64,000 nt of DNA from Tubiluchus corallicola (Eukaryota > Animalia > Priapulida), in contig JAQGDQ010000066.1 in the NCBI GenBank assembly GCA_030141605.1, positions 620,001-684,000 on the forward strand, written 5' to 3'. Of this stretch, positions 1 to 12,890 are shown piece after piece (position 1 is the stretch's first letter; the number at the start of each line of letters is the position of its first letter). Below the pieces are notes generated by a model, which saw nothing but the letters and a program-made list of their open reading frames with translations, did no database searches and was not told the origin of the DNA. A program made the position numbers and the translations under genes.

Positions 1-524
1 CGTCTGCTTATTCATTTAGAGCTCAGGTGTTGAACTAGGTGAGTGACATTCATCATGCTCTGCCGAATTTTCTCGCTAAATTAATTTGATGGTTCTTAAT
101 TACGGCACACCCTGACAGCTCGATTCAAAAATAGATTAACGTGGTGGGTGCAAAATAACGATGCTTATCAAATGCTCTGCACCGAATTTGACCCAGCAAC
201 GGCACATATGGCACAGTTCTAAGCCGTTCAAAGCCCAGTTTCCAGATATGTAGTTAGCACGTAGATTAATAAATTCAAATTAAAATATGGTAAAGTTTGA
301 AGTACGAACTAGCTAGTGAAAATAATTTCATGATACAATTAATAACTAGGAGATAACTCTTAATGGGAAGAATAGATAGCATAGTATTTGCTTTATTGTA
401 TAACTTGATGCATTTCGTTTTCACGCCGCTACTACATAGATAGTAATTGTTAGTAATAGTATTGTTAGTAATTCAAAGATTTGACTAGAAATTCCAGCTA
501 TTAATGTACCACCCTCCAACGAAC

Positions 525-1031
525 CTTATTCTTCCGTTTCCGTTTTCTCGGTCGTTGATTCACGGCTACTTGCTCTGCACTCCCATCTTCCATTACCATT
601 TGAGGACCTCCCCATTCTGGACCGGTCAGCATACACAGACGGCCCTCGCCGAACCCCAACTTGCTGAATTTGTACGTGTACATGTCTTTCCTTCCCGCAG
701 GTACAGTAGTAGTAGCTTCACTCTTTTTCAAGGCAGACTCAGGTGAGACACGCGACACATCCTCTTGCTTCACAGGCGTCAACCGGGTGTTAGTTTTCCC
801 CGATTTTGACTTAACACGCGCTGGTTTAACACGTTCCTTATTCACAGGTATCACGTAATATATCTTCCTCTTGGTGAGATGAAGATACTGGCACAACCAC
901 CACAACCAGAGAGTGAATAGGAAGATGGCTACTGTAGCAACGCTGACGAGTACAGCGCTGAAATCAGGTTCTGGCGGTGGAATGCCGACCGACACGTCGT
1001 CGGGCGCAGCCGGCCCACCTCCGTTATGCAT
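525..1031 (-). CDS. Candidate CH1-skipping alternative first exon of the spectraplakin, encoding a single-pass transmembrane leader (169 codons). Alternatively a stand-alone 176-aa ORF ending at 501.
   Basis: ATG in a CAAACC-ATG context with an in-frame stop upstream (1068-1070). GC-richer than the flanks. Hydrophobic segment AVLVSVATVAIFLFTLWLWWLC is followed by basic residues. A phase-0 donor AAG|GTTCGT follows RKRKRKNK, the same phase as the end of the last CH1 exon. Confidence 0.6.
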
Positions 1032-1066
1032 GGTTTGACACCCGGGGGCAAGACCGCAGCTCTTAC

Positions 1067-1174
1067 TTCACTACCGTGGCGTCGTTTGCTGTCTTTTCCT
1101 CGCTTAGACATCATGGGTGCGGTATCAACGTTTACCGTGCAAACAACCTTCTTAACTCGTAAACTTTTGCTCAT
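1067..1174 (-). CDS. Candidate short basic first coding exon (36 codons, MSKSLRVKKV...RRHGSE), phase 0
   Basis: 108 nt from the ATG at 1174 to a GAA|GTAAGA donor; a different frame from the TM ORF. Confidence 0.35.
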
Positions 1175-3544
1175 AGATTGTAACTAAACAAACACATATT
1201 CGCCTAATCGTGTATGCGAAAATTCACTGTTGCTGACATGTACACTGTCAAGCAGCTCATGCGGGGACTTTATCAAACTACTGATGTTTACATTACCTGT
1301 TTACAGTTACATACACCTGCACTTTTACCTGGGCGCACTTGAGTCAAGGTACGTCGAATCAAAAACACAGAAAAACATCAGCAAAGTGGAATGCAGGCCC
1401 AGTAATCGAGACCAAACAAAAATACAATTGCCATCCTTTGTGAGACACAACGCTAAAGGTCGTCTTGTTGTTTGGTCCTTGACACATACATGTATAACAT
1501 GTATGTGTCCTTTAGTGAGCCCGTCCGTACATTGTTTTCAGATTATAAAAAGTATTAAGTGTCAATCGAAATAGACTGCTGAAAATTTCAAAAAATTGTT
1601 AAAATGTTGCCAAATGGAATGATTGATGACAAGTAGAAGCCTTAAGATACCAAAATATTCTAAGTTTTGCTACCATTGCTTCAGCTACACAAGACTTACA
1701 CTGTATGTAGCCATGTCGGTATTTTTTGCAGACAATTTAGAAACTAACTGTGCACTGTTAAGCTTTTTTAATATAGCTGTCAATGTTCATAGTTACGATA
1801 AGACCCGCATCTTTTTACACCAAATCTTAATTCTAGCAGCAGTTTCTGGTTTCTATGGAAACATGAGTAGCACAGCCCCCATTCTATTAACAAGACTCTG
1901 GACCGTTCACTCTCTTTCAAATACTTCCTTTCAGCTAACATGGATTTCAACTAACAGGGTATGACAAACACCTACGCAAGCTGTTGACTTGATCGCTAGT
2001 TGAGTCCCGACAGCACCTGTAGCATAACAGATACGGCAAGATTTGCAATTTGTAATATTCCTTTGACAATCGACTTCTTTTGAGACACATAGTTGAACAT
2101 GTATGCATTACAAAAACGAGTGTATATCTGTTAAGTTTAAAGCTCGTTTTAACTTCTTTAGGTAAATGCGATGCTACATAAGTAGTAAAAAAGAGTAAAT
2201 TAACGAGGACACACTTACGCTATGAACAGTTGCAAATGTGGGTAAATCGGGATCTATTATTGCTTAGCCTTAGAACAAACAAGAGATTGACCTACAAGCA
2301 CGTAACTTAACTATGCAGAGTCATCCAGTGGCAAGTTTAGTGAACTTATCAGCATGTGTGTCGCAAGGTTGAACACCGAAGAAAATGCTGTTTTTCTGAA
2401 ATTTGTTGATAATTTAAGAACTTTACTTTCTAAAGTAATGACAAACAATGATTTTTATTTTTTGCAACACGAAACGTGAATTTTGCGTTGAACAATTTCT
2501 TGTTTGATAGAAACACTTCAAAATATGGACCAACAGCTGACATACGCAAATGACAAACTGACTTATATTTAGCAATGTAACAAATGCTATGATTTCCGTG
2601 CAGATACAATTATTCAGCTTGATATAACTCCAAAAAAGATACTCCTTGATATGAAAATACATGCATTTATAATTACTGACAAGTTGTCCAAACAGTTTTT
2701 GTGCTGTTGGACTATAGGGGACCCACTAGACTTTAGTGCCACGCCCCAAACCCCCCCCTCCGCCAGACTTGCTGGTCACTGCCTTATTGGTTTATATACA
2801 AGAGATGAGAAGTCTAAATTGTAGCCCAGAGATCTATCCCTGGTTGTTGTAGTAAATAGATATCAAAATGCATAGATTATTGATACTGGTGTGTGAACAG
2901 CATGTTAAAGTGACAAATGGAAGTTAAGGTTTGGTTTCTGACGTGTGACTTCTGTCTTTTTACATTCAATGCATTTCATACCAATAGTAACCGAGTTTTG
3001 TTTTCTAAAACAATGAACAGTAAATATTTCACACAAAAACACATTGAAAGTTCTGTGTGCGTTAGGTCACATATCAACCAAATAAATTACCAAAGTCGGC
3101 TCTGTTTCTGAGCAGGTTCGCCACGTTTCAAGATCTAAATATTTTAGTTGCAGAGATTAGTTGAATTTCCCAACGTGTGGCTGGACAAAGACGGTTTATT
3201 TCCTACGCTAGCACAAATTTCTGGTGTTATTTTACATGAATAATGTCAAATTGTGGATATAGGCAGCAGGCAATGTTGTTTTACAATGAAATTAGCTAAA
3301 GTGTCTTGCAATTAGCTCAATATTACATATAATATTTACACATTTTCTCGTAATGTATCAGCCAGTGTGAATTTTTTAGACTTTTTAGAAAACCTTCAGT
3401 TTCCACATAAACAGAAAAGTCCACAGAACTGCATTTAATCACTCAATGAAAATCAGCAGTTCTATGCCTCAAAAGTAATAACTGCATGTAAACATATATG
3501 CTATAACAAGCCAAAACTAAATACAAAATAAAATGATTATTTAC

Positions 3545-6500
3545 CTGTTTTAACACTGTGATTTCAGACACATCCTCAGCATCATCCCGAGAAAGATCAG
3601 TGAGAAGATCAGACACGGAAAGTATTTCTAAAGCATGCAAAACATTTCTAATTTCAGTTTTCTTGTCTGCCATAACTGCACTTATCCAAACATCTTCTAT
3701 GCACATCGAATGCAGTTTTGGTACACAGTGCTTCCACAGATGTTCATTTGAGGAGTAATTTACATTATGTGAACACTCACTACTGCTCCTTAGATGTTCT
3801 TCCCAGGTAGCAACTTCGTTATAATCAATTGACTCACTGAGATTTAATGCACAAGAGATATCAGCCTCAGACGATTTTGCTTCTTCTGAACTCTTACCCA
3901 TAGAGAGGCAAACATTTTCAAGTGCATTTTGAAAACAGGTTAAACTTGCGGAGTGAATCACTTCATGAGAGGTAGATGCATCACTAACATTAGGCAACGT
4001 TTTTTCTTCTTGTTCCACACTAGAAATAACCTCAGCATCAGAATCAAAACAAGCATCTGTTACTGAAGCAATGCCAGTATATTCATCATTACGAGATGAA
4101 AAACTGTCAAAAGATACAGCAGTTGCATTTATACTTTCGGTGGCTGTCATAAATGACAAACTGTTAACAGAATCAGTTACTTGGCTTGCATTGTCTTCGC
4201 TCACAATATGCAAGTCTTTTGTATTCTTGTCATCTGGACTAAGTGCATCCTTTGCTGATGTATATGCTTTCTCTTTACGTTGAAAAAGTAGTGACATAAA
4301 TTTGTCTGCCAAACTTTGAGGTTTTTCTTGGTCGACAGTGTCCATACCATTTACATCAGCAATAACATATTCTTCTTGAGCAACTTCAGTTATCTGGCTA
4401 ACCACTAAATGAAATGAAACATGTTCCCTAAAGGTGTAGGAAATTTCGTAATTTTTGTCATTTGGTAATCCGTTTGCTGCTTCGTGGTGCATTTTGGCAT
4501 TTTGATCATACAGTGATGCAGAGTCTGCATTTGCAGATGTGAACTCAGTATTATCACGAACAGTATGATTTGGCAGTGAAACAGAAGTAACTTCTTTTTG
4601 TTCATCTGTAGATGCTAAAGCTACCTGAAATTCATCAGCTGTCACATCAACTTTGCTGGTATCAAAAATGCAAGTAACTTCACCTGAAGATTCAGAAGCA
4701 GCTGTTGTTCTGTTTCTACCATTACTGCCAAGTCGAAAAGTTACGCCTTGGTCGTTCATTTTTTCATGCCCAAAGCATGACACAGGAACATCCTTTGGTA
4801 AATTGCCCCTGCTTTGTTCAATGTGGTTCAACTTTTTTGTTGAGGGTTTTGGGCCAGAACAAGCAATGGGAATTTCTGCACTTTCATTTTCATGATCAAG
4901 AGGTTCAACAGCATCATTTGGAAAAGGTTTGATGAGTGGTTTCTTAGACAGTTGTTTGTGCTGCTCATGTAAATTCACAATCTGCTTGCCAGCCTTGTCA
5001 AATGATACATCCACCTGCATTATTTGTGGCACAGCAAGACTTTTTGCTTTTGTGAGTAATTTGCCTAGTTTACCCAAAGAAGTAGTTTCTTTTTCTTCAT
5101 TGTAGTTATCTTCTTTTTCACTACCATCACAGTTATCACTGGTAGCAATATTATGGTTTTCGTTATGATCTTTCTTTAAAATGTGACAAGATTCCTTAAT
5201 TAGTGTCACTTCGCTATTTTGTAAACTACTTCCTGTATGATCTGAAAGTTTTGTGCTTTCATGCAACAGTGGATGAGAAATATCTTCTTCATCACTATTT
5301 TTCAACAGCTTCTTAGCACTTTCAACTTCACCTTCAAATAAATCTTCTGATACTGTTTGTTCTGACTGAATCAAACTATCCGTAAAATTGAAACTGTCAA
5401 TGACAACTTCATCATGATAAGTGTAAATGAGTCGACCTTGATCTTGGATGTCTATTACTGGAATTATAGTAGGTTGTACACTGACATGACTGCACACATC
5501 ACAGTGATCATTAACATCACGTAAAGATGCAGCAGGGTTTTTCTGAACAATATCATCATAGCAATCAGTAGGTGCAATGCTTGCAATAACAGGTGGTTCA
5601 TCATTACTTGAGTTTGCCCCATTTCTTTGACTGGAACTGGCAACTTTCTTCCTACGTTTTCTGGGTTTAGGCACTGGAGGTGAAGGTGAACTTGAAAGTA
5701 TGTACTCCTCAGCTAAGGTAGATTCAACCATGCTCACTTCATTTACTTCACCATTTTCATAGCTTTCAGAAGTCTCTGGCGAATTCAAAGATGCTGTTCC
5801 ATCAAAAGCTCCATAGGCAGCGCTGTTCGCAGGTAAGCTGGTTTCATCACCTTCTGTGCCCAATACTTGACCGACATAAACCAAAGGAAGTTTCTTCGAA
5901 TGGAGTTCTTCCACATGCACAAGTTGATACGGTGACAATTCGTCAACAGTTGAAACTTGAGCCTGAGCACAATTAACCTCAAATTCCTCTGCTGTATAAT
6001 AATTAGACTTAACCGATTCTTCTAATGGAATCCTAATAGAGCCAGATTTCTTTCGCGACAAAAATGAGGAATAAATGCCTCCTTTTAGCCGCTTGATAGG
6101 TGTCTTTTTATCGCCATAATTGAATGTGTTCGAGCGGCTAACCGTGTTAGTCTTTCTTGTCTGTTTGAACAGGTCCTTTCGACTGCTCGAATCAAGCAAT
6201 GAGATTATTTCACAAGATTCTCTTTCAGGGATATCAGAAAATACATCACCTGGGTCATTACTATCCCCTAGAATACCAACATCTTGTGGATCAAATATAA
6301 TATCACGTTTCCAATCTATTGGTATATTAGTGCTATGAGGTCTTTTTGTGGTGGAATCCTGCTGCACTGATGGTTTACCAATACCAACTTCATCATTTGA
6401 CACAGAGTTTTCATCGCTTGAGGTAGTTTCAGTTTTACGATCCAAACTAGACTGCCATTGCTTCGAGGTGTAAAATGTCTGAGTGTATGGGGCACTAGAC

Positions 6501-6934
6501 GATCGAGGGCGGCACTTTATATCATCACTTGCTTCACTAAATGCACTTGCACTAATATTATTTAACGATCCTCCAAATTTCTCTCCACGCGACACACCAC
6601 ATGTAGCAAGGTTGTTAGATGGTTGAAATGGCACCAGGGACTGTTGTGATACCGAAGGTGCCAAACATTCGAGTTCAACAGCAAAGCATGATTTGATGTC
6701 ATTTTCCTTATCTGTTGCACACACTGTCCTTCTAGAATTATAAACATAGTTTTCCACTTTAAGTTTACGAACTGGAGACAAAGCTTTGGGAGACTTCACT
6801 TTTGGGATCATCACCCAGTAAGGGTTCCAGTCAAAAAACAGCTGTCGTGACATATTTAAAAAGTGCACAACCACATCATCCTTGTGCAATTTCTTTGTGC
6901 AAAAGCACTGCAGCAGAAGTCTCTTAGCAGCCAT
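3545..6934 (-). CDS. Giant candidate alternative first exon of the spectraplakin (1130 codons; Ser/Glu/Asp-rich, probably disordered N-terminal extension replacing CH1)
   Basis: 3.4-kb stop-free frame in AT-rich DNA. First ATG at 6934 has a good context (GAAATT-ATG-G) and an in-frame TGA just upstream. It ends at CAG|GTAAAT (phase 0, ...ITVLKQ) inside the intron after the last CH1 exon. The ORF-track tail 3443-3544 reads like intron. Confidence 0.75.
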
Positions 6935-7569
6935 AATTTCACGCACTCAATGAAAAAGTTACTTATACTAGCTTTTATAGGATTTTCACAGATAGCAGTT
7001 TCAGCAAGCACAGCTTTTGAACTTTGTCCAATTATGGTGGCAGTGAAGAAGCAATATTTCCTGTTATAGTCTTTTATTGCACAAACACACATGCAACTGC
7101 TGGTAAAACTATGCCAGACTAAGGTGTCTACGCCAGATGTCGCACCTAGCTGGCAAATTGGTAATTCTGAAGCAATACTAAAAGTCAATACGTAGTTGCC
7201 ATTAGCAATTCTAATAGCTAAATGCCATTCCAAGACAAACATTGCCATGATTAAAGTTCAGTGTAAGAGTTTTTGTCAGTTTATTTGCAAAGTCTGAATC
7301 ATATTCAGGAGTTGTTGTTCCCAAGTAAAAACCACCCCTTATTCAACAAGCAATGGATCGCCACACCTACGTCACACTAGCCTGTTGTGTATGACAACAG
7401 GAGAAGAGATTTGGTAAACAAGCAAACACTATTGCACAGCCTACAAGATAAATATGTGTGTATTAGCATTTGAAATGTGCCGCACCGAACAGGTATCTTG
7501 TCAAGGGTAACAAAGATATCATATCAAAGAAATGTGACCGAAATTTTTGTTACAAAAAATGAAAGTAAA

Positions 7570-7850
7570 TGGATGTGACTGAGAAAAAAAGCCAACCAGT
7601 GCTGTAGAGTAAGTAAAGTAAACTGATGTGACAAAGAAACCAAACAGGACTATGAACAGATGGATGTGACAGGCGACTGTAAGCAGATGCACATGAAGCC
7701 ACCTAGTACTGTAAGAAGATGGATGTAGCGAAAGAAGCCAATTAGAATTGTAACGAGTTGGATGTGACAAAAGAAGCTAATGAGTACTACTGCAGTAGGC
7801 AGATGTGATAAAGAAGCCAGCCAGCGCTGTAAGTAGATGGATATTGACAA
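7570..7850. repeat. Degenerate minisatellite, unit about 38 bp (ggatgtgacaaaagaagcca-ccagtgctgtaagtagat), about 7 copies
   Basis: Recurrent gatgtgac, aagaagcca and ctgtaag motifs at a regular spacing. Confidence 0.75.
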
Positions 7851-10800
7851 ATTAATCACTGTAACTAAGAGTTTGCTTTTTCACCTTCGGCAGAGTCAAG
7901 ATTTCTTTCTTATCATCTTACCACAACTAAAATGGCCCAATTCGAAATTTCATGAAAGTGAAAAAATGTCAGTAAAAACTACGAAAAAAACTGTTCCAGC
8001 CTTTTTGGCAAATAAAATAGGTATGATAAATGCCACAGAATCACATTTTTTAATTGCTTATATAGTTTCTGTAACAATATGACTACCAAATTTAAGCATT
8101 TAAGAATACCAGATAACTTTCTTCTCACACAAAAAACCCAAATGCTAAGAAATAAGAAATAAAACTCAACAAATTACTGACCATGAGCACTTTTTATACT
8201 AATGTAGAGTAGACAATGGGAACAGAAGATAAAACATACGGCCAGACCTCAAAAAAGCTGTAGATGAAACATAAAAATAATTTGAAGTGACACAAAATCA
8301 TCGATACTCACTTAACAGGAGGTTATTTAACACAGTTCGCAATAAGGATGGCATTTTCAATGATAAACATTATTTATCACAAAACAAAGCTACAATAAAG
8401 CCTATTATGATACTATAACAGCCTACTGTAATAAACAAACTAACATCTAATGCACTTCCATCAGGCTTTTACACGGTGCACACTGAAATTTTTCAAGTTG
8501 TTTCGAAGTGGCACTCTGGCAACAGACTTTGCTGACCTGCAGCAGAAACGGAAAAAAGTCGACAACATCTACGCTTACAAAACTAATATCACGATTATTT
8601 GCACTCAGCAAATGCTGAATAACATTTTCTCAGAAATGCAATACTCAAAAACAAGCTAAGACCGAATGTGGCACTGGACCCTCAAGATTTAGCGGCACTG
8701 GTGACTAATCAACATTAGGCATTGGAAAAGAGGCACTTATACCTGGCACAATCAAATAGACGTAACAGAAAAAACGCCACAACTAAAGTTGATGATCTAT
8801 AGAAATTCATAAATTAAAAACTCTTCTTGCAGCAATAAAAGAGAAGCATTGTCGAGTTTTGTAAAATAAGCAAATTAAGGAAACCACTACCTTCCACGAT
8901 TTAAAGTGAAACAAACGTACCACCTGCACAAAAGACCTAATTAAAATCGAAAATTTTAAGCATGGGTTAAACGAATGTTGCAAATGTTGAAACAATGGCA
9001 GCATGAAGCCTTGAATTGGCATAAGTAGCTATTTAGTTAATGTTTAATCACTAATTACAGAAAGCTGACGGAAACATCTATAATTCTCACTTTTGAAGCA
9101 ACAACAAACGTAAAACTGTCACCGAGTCTGAGTACTTCCAAGTCTTTTTTAACTTAACACACTATTTAAAACTGTATAATGTGGACTGTGTGCTAACGAT
9201 GTACACCTTTAGTAAACAAACAGTCTGAGTGTATGAATCAGTATATTCCAAATCGCTTGACCACGCTAAATGACCAACGAAAGTTTAAGGACCTATTTAA
9301 TAAAACACGTTTCTAGTAAAAGCCCACAATTTCATGGCTATTGCACAGGAGCCGACCTGCTTGCATAAACTGCTAATACAAACGTCCTGTTCCCAAAGGT
9401 TCCGAAAATAAAGGCTAGTCACACAATGGCAGCGCATAAAAAGTGCTGATTACATTTAGATCTCGAGTCTTAAACGTTAAAAAGTGCGGAGCTCCAAGTC
9501 AATTAGATAACGCACAGGTACACAGTATTGCGACGTAAGATTCATAACGAATAACGATTTTGATCTTTAAATGTCGCATGTTCACTGTACATTTTTTGGC
9601 TACTTATTCTACTTAGAAACTGAAATACAACAACAGAATTAAATCTATGAATACAACACAATTGCGCACCATTGCCGGAGAATTCAACACAGGTAATGTG
9701 TCTGGTAACGAAATCAAACAGTCAAAACGCCAAACACGTGTGCAGAATACTTCAACGGGTTTTGAATTAAAACTTTTTCCCTCTTTACGCACTTAATCCC
9801 TCTTCTACAGTTGATACGTGCAAGACGGCAGGGGGCGCGAAAAACAACAATGAATCTTAAACCTGTACACGTATTGTGTATAAAAACATCATCCAAGTTG
9901 TTTAAAGGAATTATGAATACGATGACGGGAAGCTTTCCTACCAACATATTATTATTTTAGATTTATATGATATAGCAAGAAGACTATCATTGCATCGTAT
10001 CCTATCAAAACAGTAGCGTGTAAGCTCTGCGTGCGTTTATAATCTGACAAACAAAAGCCTGTTTAATTAACAATGTTGCAAAGTTAAATAGTTCAAAACA
10101 CTTAACTACACCTGGTAATGGACTGAAGTACAGTAATGTACCCAAATTTGGATTGAAGTACAGTAGTGTACCCAAATTTCGTACAAGATGGGGATAGGCA
10201 GGAAAGAAACCTCACTAGCTGCTCCAAACAAGCAGTCCAGCACTCTACAGTTGATTTTAGTACCGGATTATATCACAAATCCTTATTAAAATCTTATTAA
10301 CGGTAGCAACAGGTAAACCACTAAATTTCCCTTTTTGAATGATTTACATAAAAATGTGAAGTTCTACAAAAATCCACATCTTTCAATCAATCAATCTTTG
10401 AATGAATGAAACAATAATGATTAGGATTATGATTACTACAAAAAAATCTAAGATTGAATACAAGTACCAACTGGAAAGTAGTATTCAGTCCACAACATCA
10501 AGAATTCTAAGATCTTTGGAAAATTGAAACAACTACCATCTTATTACAAATTATACAACATTTATGATACTCAGTGCAATAACATATTGTGAATAGTCAT
10601 ATCTGTTCATGAGTTATCCTTCTCACAAAAAACTCTGTTACAGAGTATAATTTTAAAGCAACTATTAAGTATTGATTGAAAAACTGTCAGTCACTCATTT
10701 ACAGTAGCACAAAATGATACCGCTAGCTAAATTTTCTTCATCTGGGGTTTACATACAGAATACAAGGTGTTAAATTTAATGATGATGAAGGCGATGATGA

Positions 10801-12324
10801 TGATGACAACAATGGCGAGAAGTAACCTCCAATCAACTAATGAAATTTTACCCTTCTCAAGCATAATGACAGAGCTTAATACAGAACGCACTAAAATTAA
10901 GCACCGTGTACAGTCTTGAGCAAAATAAACCTAGTTTAAATGACTGTTCAAAAAACTAGGACCAGGCACACAGCAAAAGCACACTTTTAATTTCACTTTA
11001 CCAACAATATGATACATTGCGAGATCTCACTGCCATCTACCAGCAGATAAATGTAACAAAATTATCTTTAGTCATCCATTAGAACGTCATGCACCGTAGC
11101 AAGAAAAATATTGTTGTAAAACACTTCAGAAGATAAAAATTTCTTTAGAATAACATTCCCAACGTTCGTTACATTTCAGTAAGAACCGTCATCGTTTTCC
11201 AGTATAAAATGTACCTCTCATCACAAAACATAAAACAGAAAAACAAAATTTACTGGGTACTGTACTTCAAATACACACAAATCTAATCTGGTACTTGTCT
11301 ATCAATGTTCAAAATGAAACATGTGAGGGGTTCTTATCTAATATGACAGCAAACTTGAGCTTATGCCAGGGGGAATTTCCTTAGTCATAAAATCCTGCAA
11401 AACTGTACAACACAATAGTAAACATCAGGAATACAGAGAACTTTGTGTTATAAAAATTCACAAAATTTGTAAACTGCAAAGCACCAAAGGCTGATAAACT
11501 ATTTCAATAAATGCAGGTATTTTACAATACCATAGATGCTATCACATCCCTGAAAGATATGCAAGTTCCTTATTTATAGTGCAAGAGAGGTGTCAAATGC
11601 AGCATTACAATATAATCTAAGCAAACAGACTTATCAAAGATAGAATGAAGTCATATCAGGGACATATATAACACACATATAAGTCTGTTGTGTACCTACA
11701 TCATGGTTTAACTATTCAGATGTACGTCAATCAGTCCTACTTTGAGTAATTTACCACTGAAGTAAACAATACCCCTTTTACTAACTGCCTTGACTACTGG
11801 ATTTACATATTCGTGCCGTATACCTGTGTTTAATCTTAGCTAATATGTATTACATGTTAAATAGTTAACCATGCAATCATGAAATCTAATGTTACTTAAA
11901 CACTCACTCATCTTACATTCAATAATTAGTGGCAGTTGTTGTTGTTGTCATTCTTGCATTAAAAATGTCTGAAAAACATTGGCGATTTTGGCAGCACAGA
12001 CAACACTAGTACGGATTTGTTACCCTTGGGGAGAAGAGTCAAGACAATCAACGGCTACGAAATTACTTTCAGTGAAACTATCAAGTGTTGTATTTGACTC
12101 AAACCAAGCAAGTAAATGGTGTAAAGTGCTGCCACCTAGACGTGTTCTTCAGAAAAGTGAGTCATCGATATTTTGATTCACAACAAGCAATCAAATGTTG
12201 GATATTTTTTCATGAATCATTATGTTGTTTGAAAGTTTGAACATGTTAACGTATTTCTATCATTGTGTGCATGCAAATAATAATATCGATATCAAAGAAT
12301 AAACTTAACACAAAAATATCCTAC

Positions 12325-12417
12325 CTGGAAGTGCAGTATAATTGTCCATATTAAACCCAGTGTCAACTTTGGATTACCATCTACTATGTCGTCAGGACGG
12401 ATATTTACAATTTTAAT
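12325..12417 (-). CDS. shot: Spectraplakin CH1 exon ([31 protein letters not shown])
   Basis: ttttttctag acceptor, CAG|gtagga donor, 93 nt, phase 0-0. The peptide is the hallmark C-terminal part of CH1 in plectin/dystonin/MACF1/Shot. Confidence 0.97.
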
Positions 12418-12812
12418 CTAGAAAAAATGAACAAGTTACTATAAATGTAATCAATAGGTATAACAGTTTTAAGGTATACCAAATTTGAAACATTGTTTGT
12501 TCGATCAATTTATTACATCTATCTATAAACATTACATTTCAAAAATTGTTGTTTTAAGTGTAATTACATAACAGTTTTTTTATGCTTTTTTATAGATAAT
12601 ATATTTTAAAAATCATCTATGAAAATGCATTATTATTATTATGATTTAGCCTTACGATGACAATTTTTCAGTTGACATCACATTTCAGCAACCTCACATC
12701 AAACAAGAGTAAATAAGGCCTACATACATAAACAATGTGTAGTGCACGTTTTTGTTATTGCCAGTTAATTTGAAGAACCGGAAAAAACTTTAAAAATGTA
12801 GTTTATACTTAC

Positions 12813-12890
12813 TAATCTATGCCTAAGATAATCTAATCCTATCTGTACATTCTGCAGCATGTGGAATCGCATCCGCCCCTTCTCTCTGGG
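12813..12890 (-). CDS. shot: Spectraplakin CH1 exon ([26 protein letters not shown])
   Basis: ctcctgttgcag acceptor, gtaagt donor, 78 nt, phase 0-0. [10 protein letters not shown] is typical of plakin-type actin-binding domains rather than beta-spectrin. Confidence 0.97.

Noticed and set aside
3443-3544. C-terminal hydrophobic tail (FILYLVLACYSIYVYMQLLLL) of the 1167-aa ORF as a TM anchor
   Set aside because: It lies after a good CAG|GTAAAT donor and is T-rich like intron; most likely read-through. Intron retention is not excluded.
7570-7850. Regularly spaced repeats as a CRISPR-like array
   Set aside because: Units are contiguous and degenerate with no unique spacers; the context is eukaryotic and no cas genes are present.
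8312-8354. ATG-initiated MPSLLRTVLNNLLL ending at a gtgagt donor (minus strand)
   Set aside because: Phase 1, incompatible with the phase-0 CH2 junction, and I found no matching acceptor.
8743-8810. Signal-peptide-like MNFYRSSTLVVAFFLLRLFDCA before CAG|gtataa (minus strand)
   Set aside because: Phase 2; no compatible downstream exon seen.
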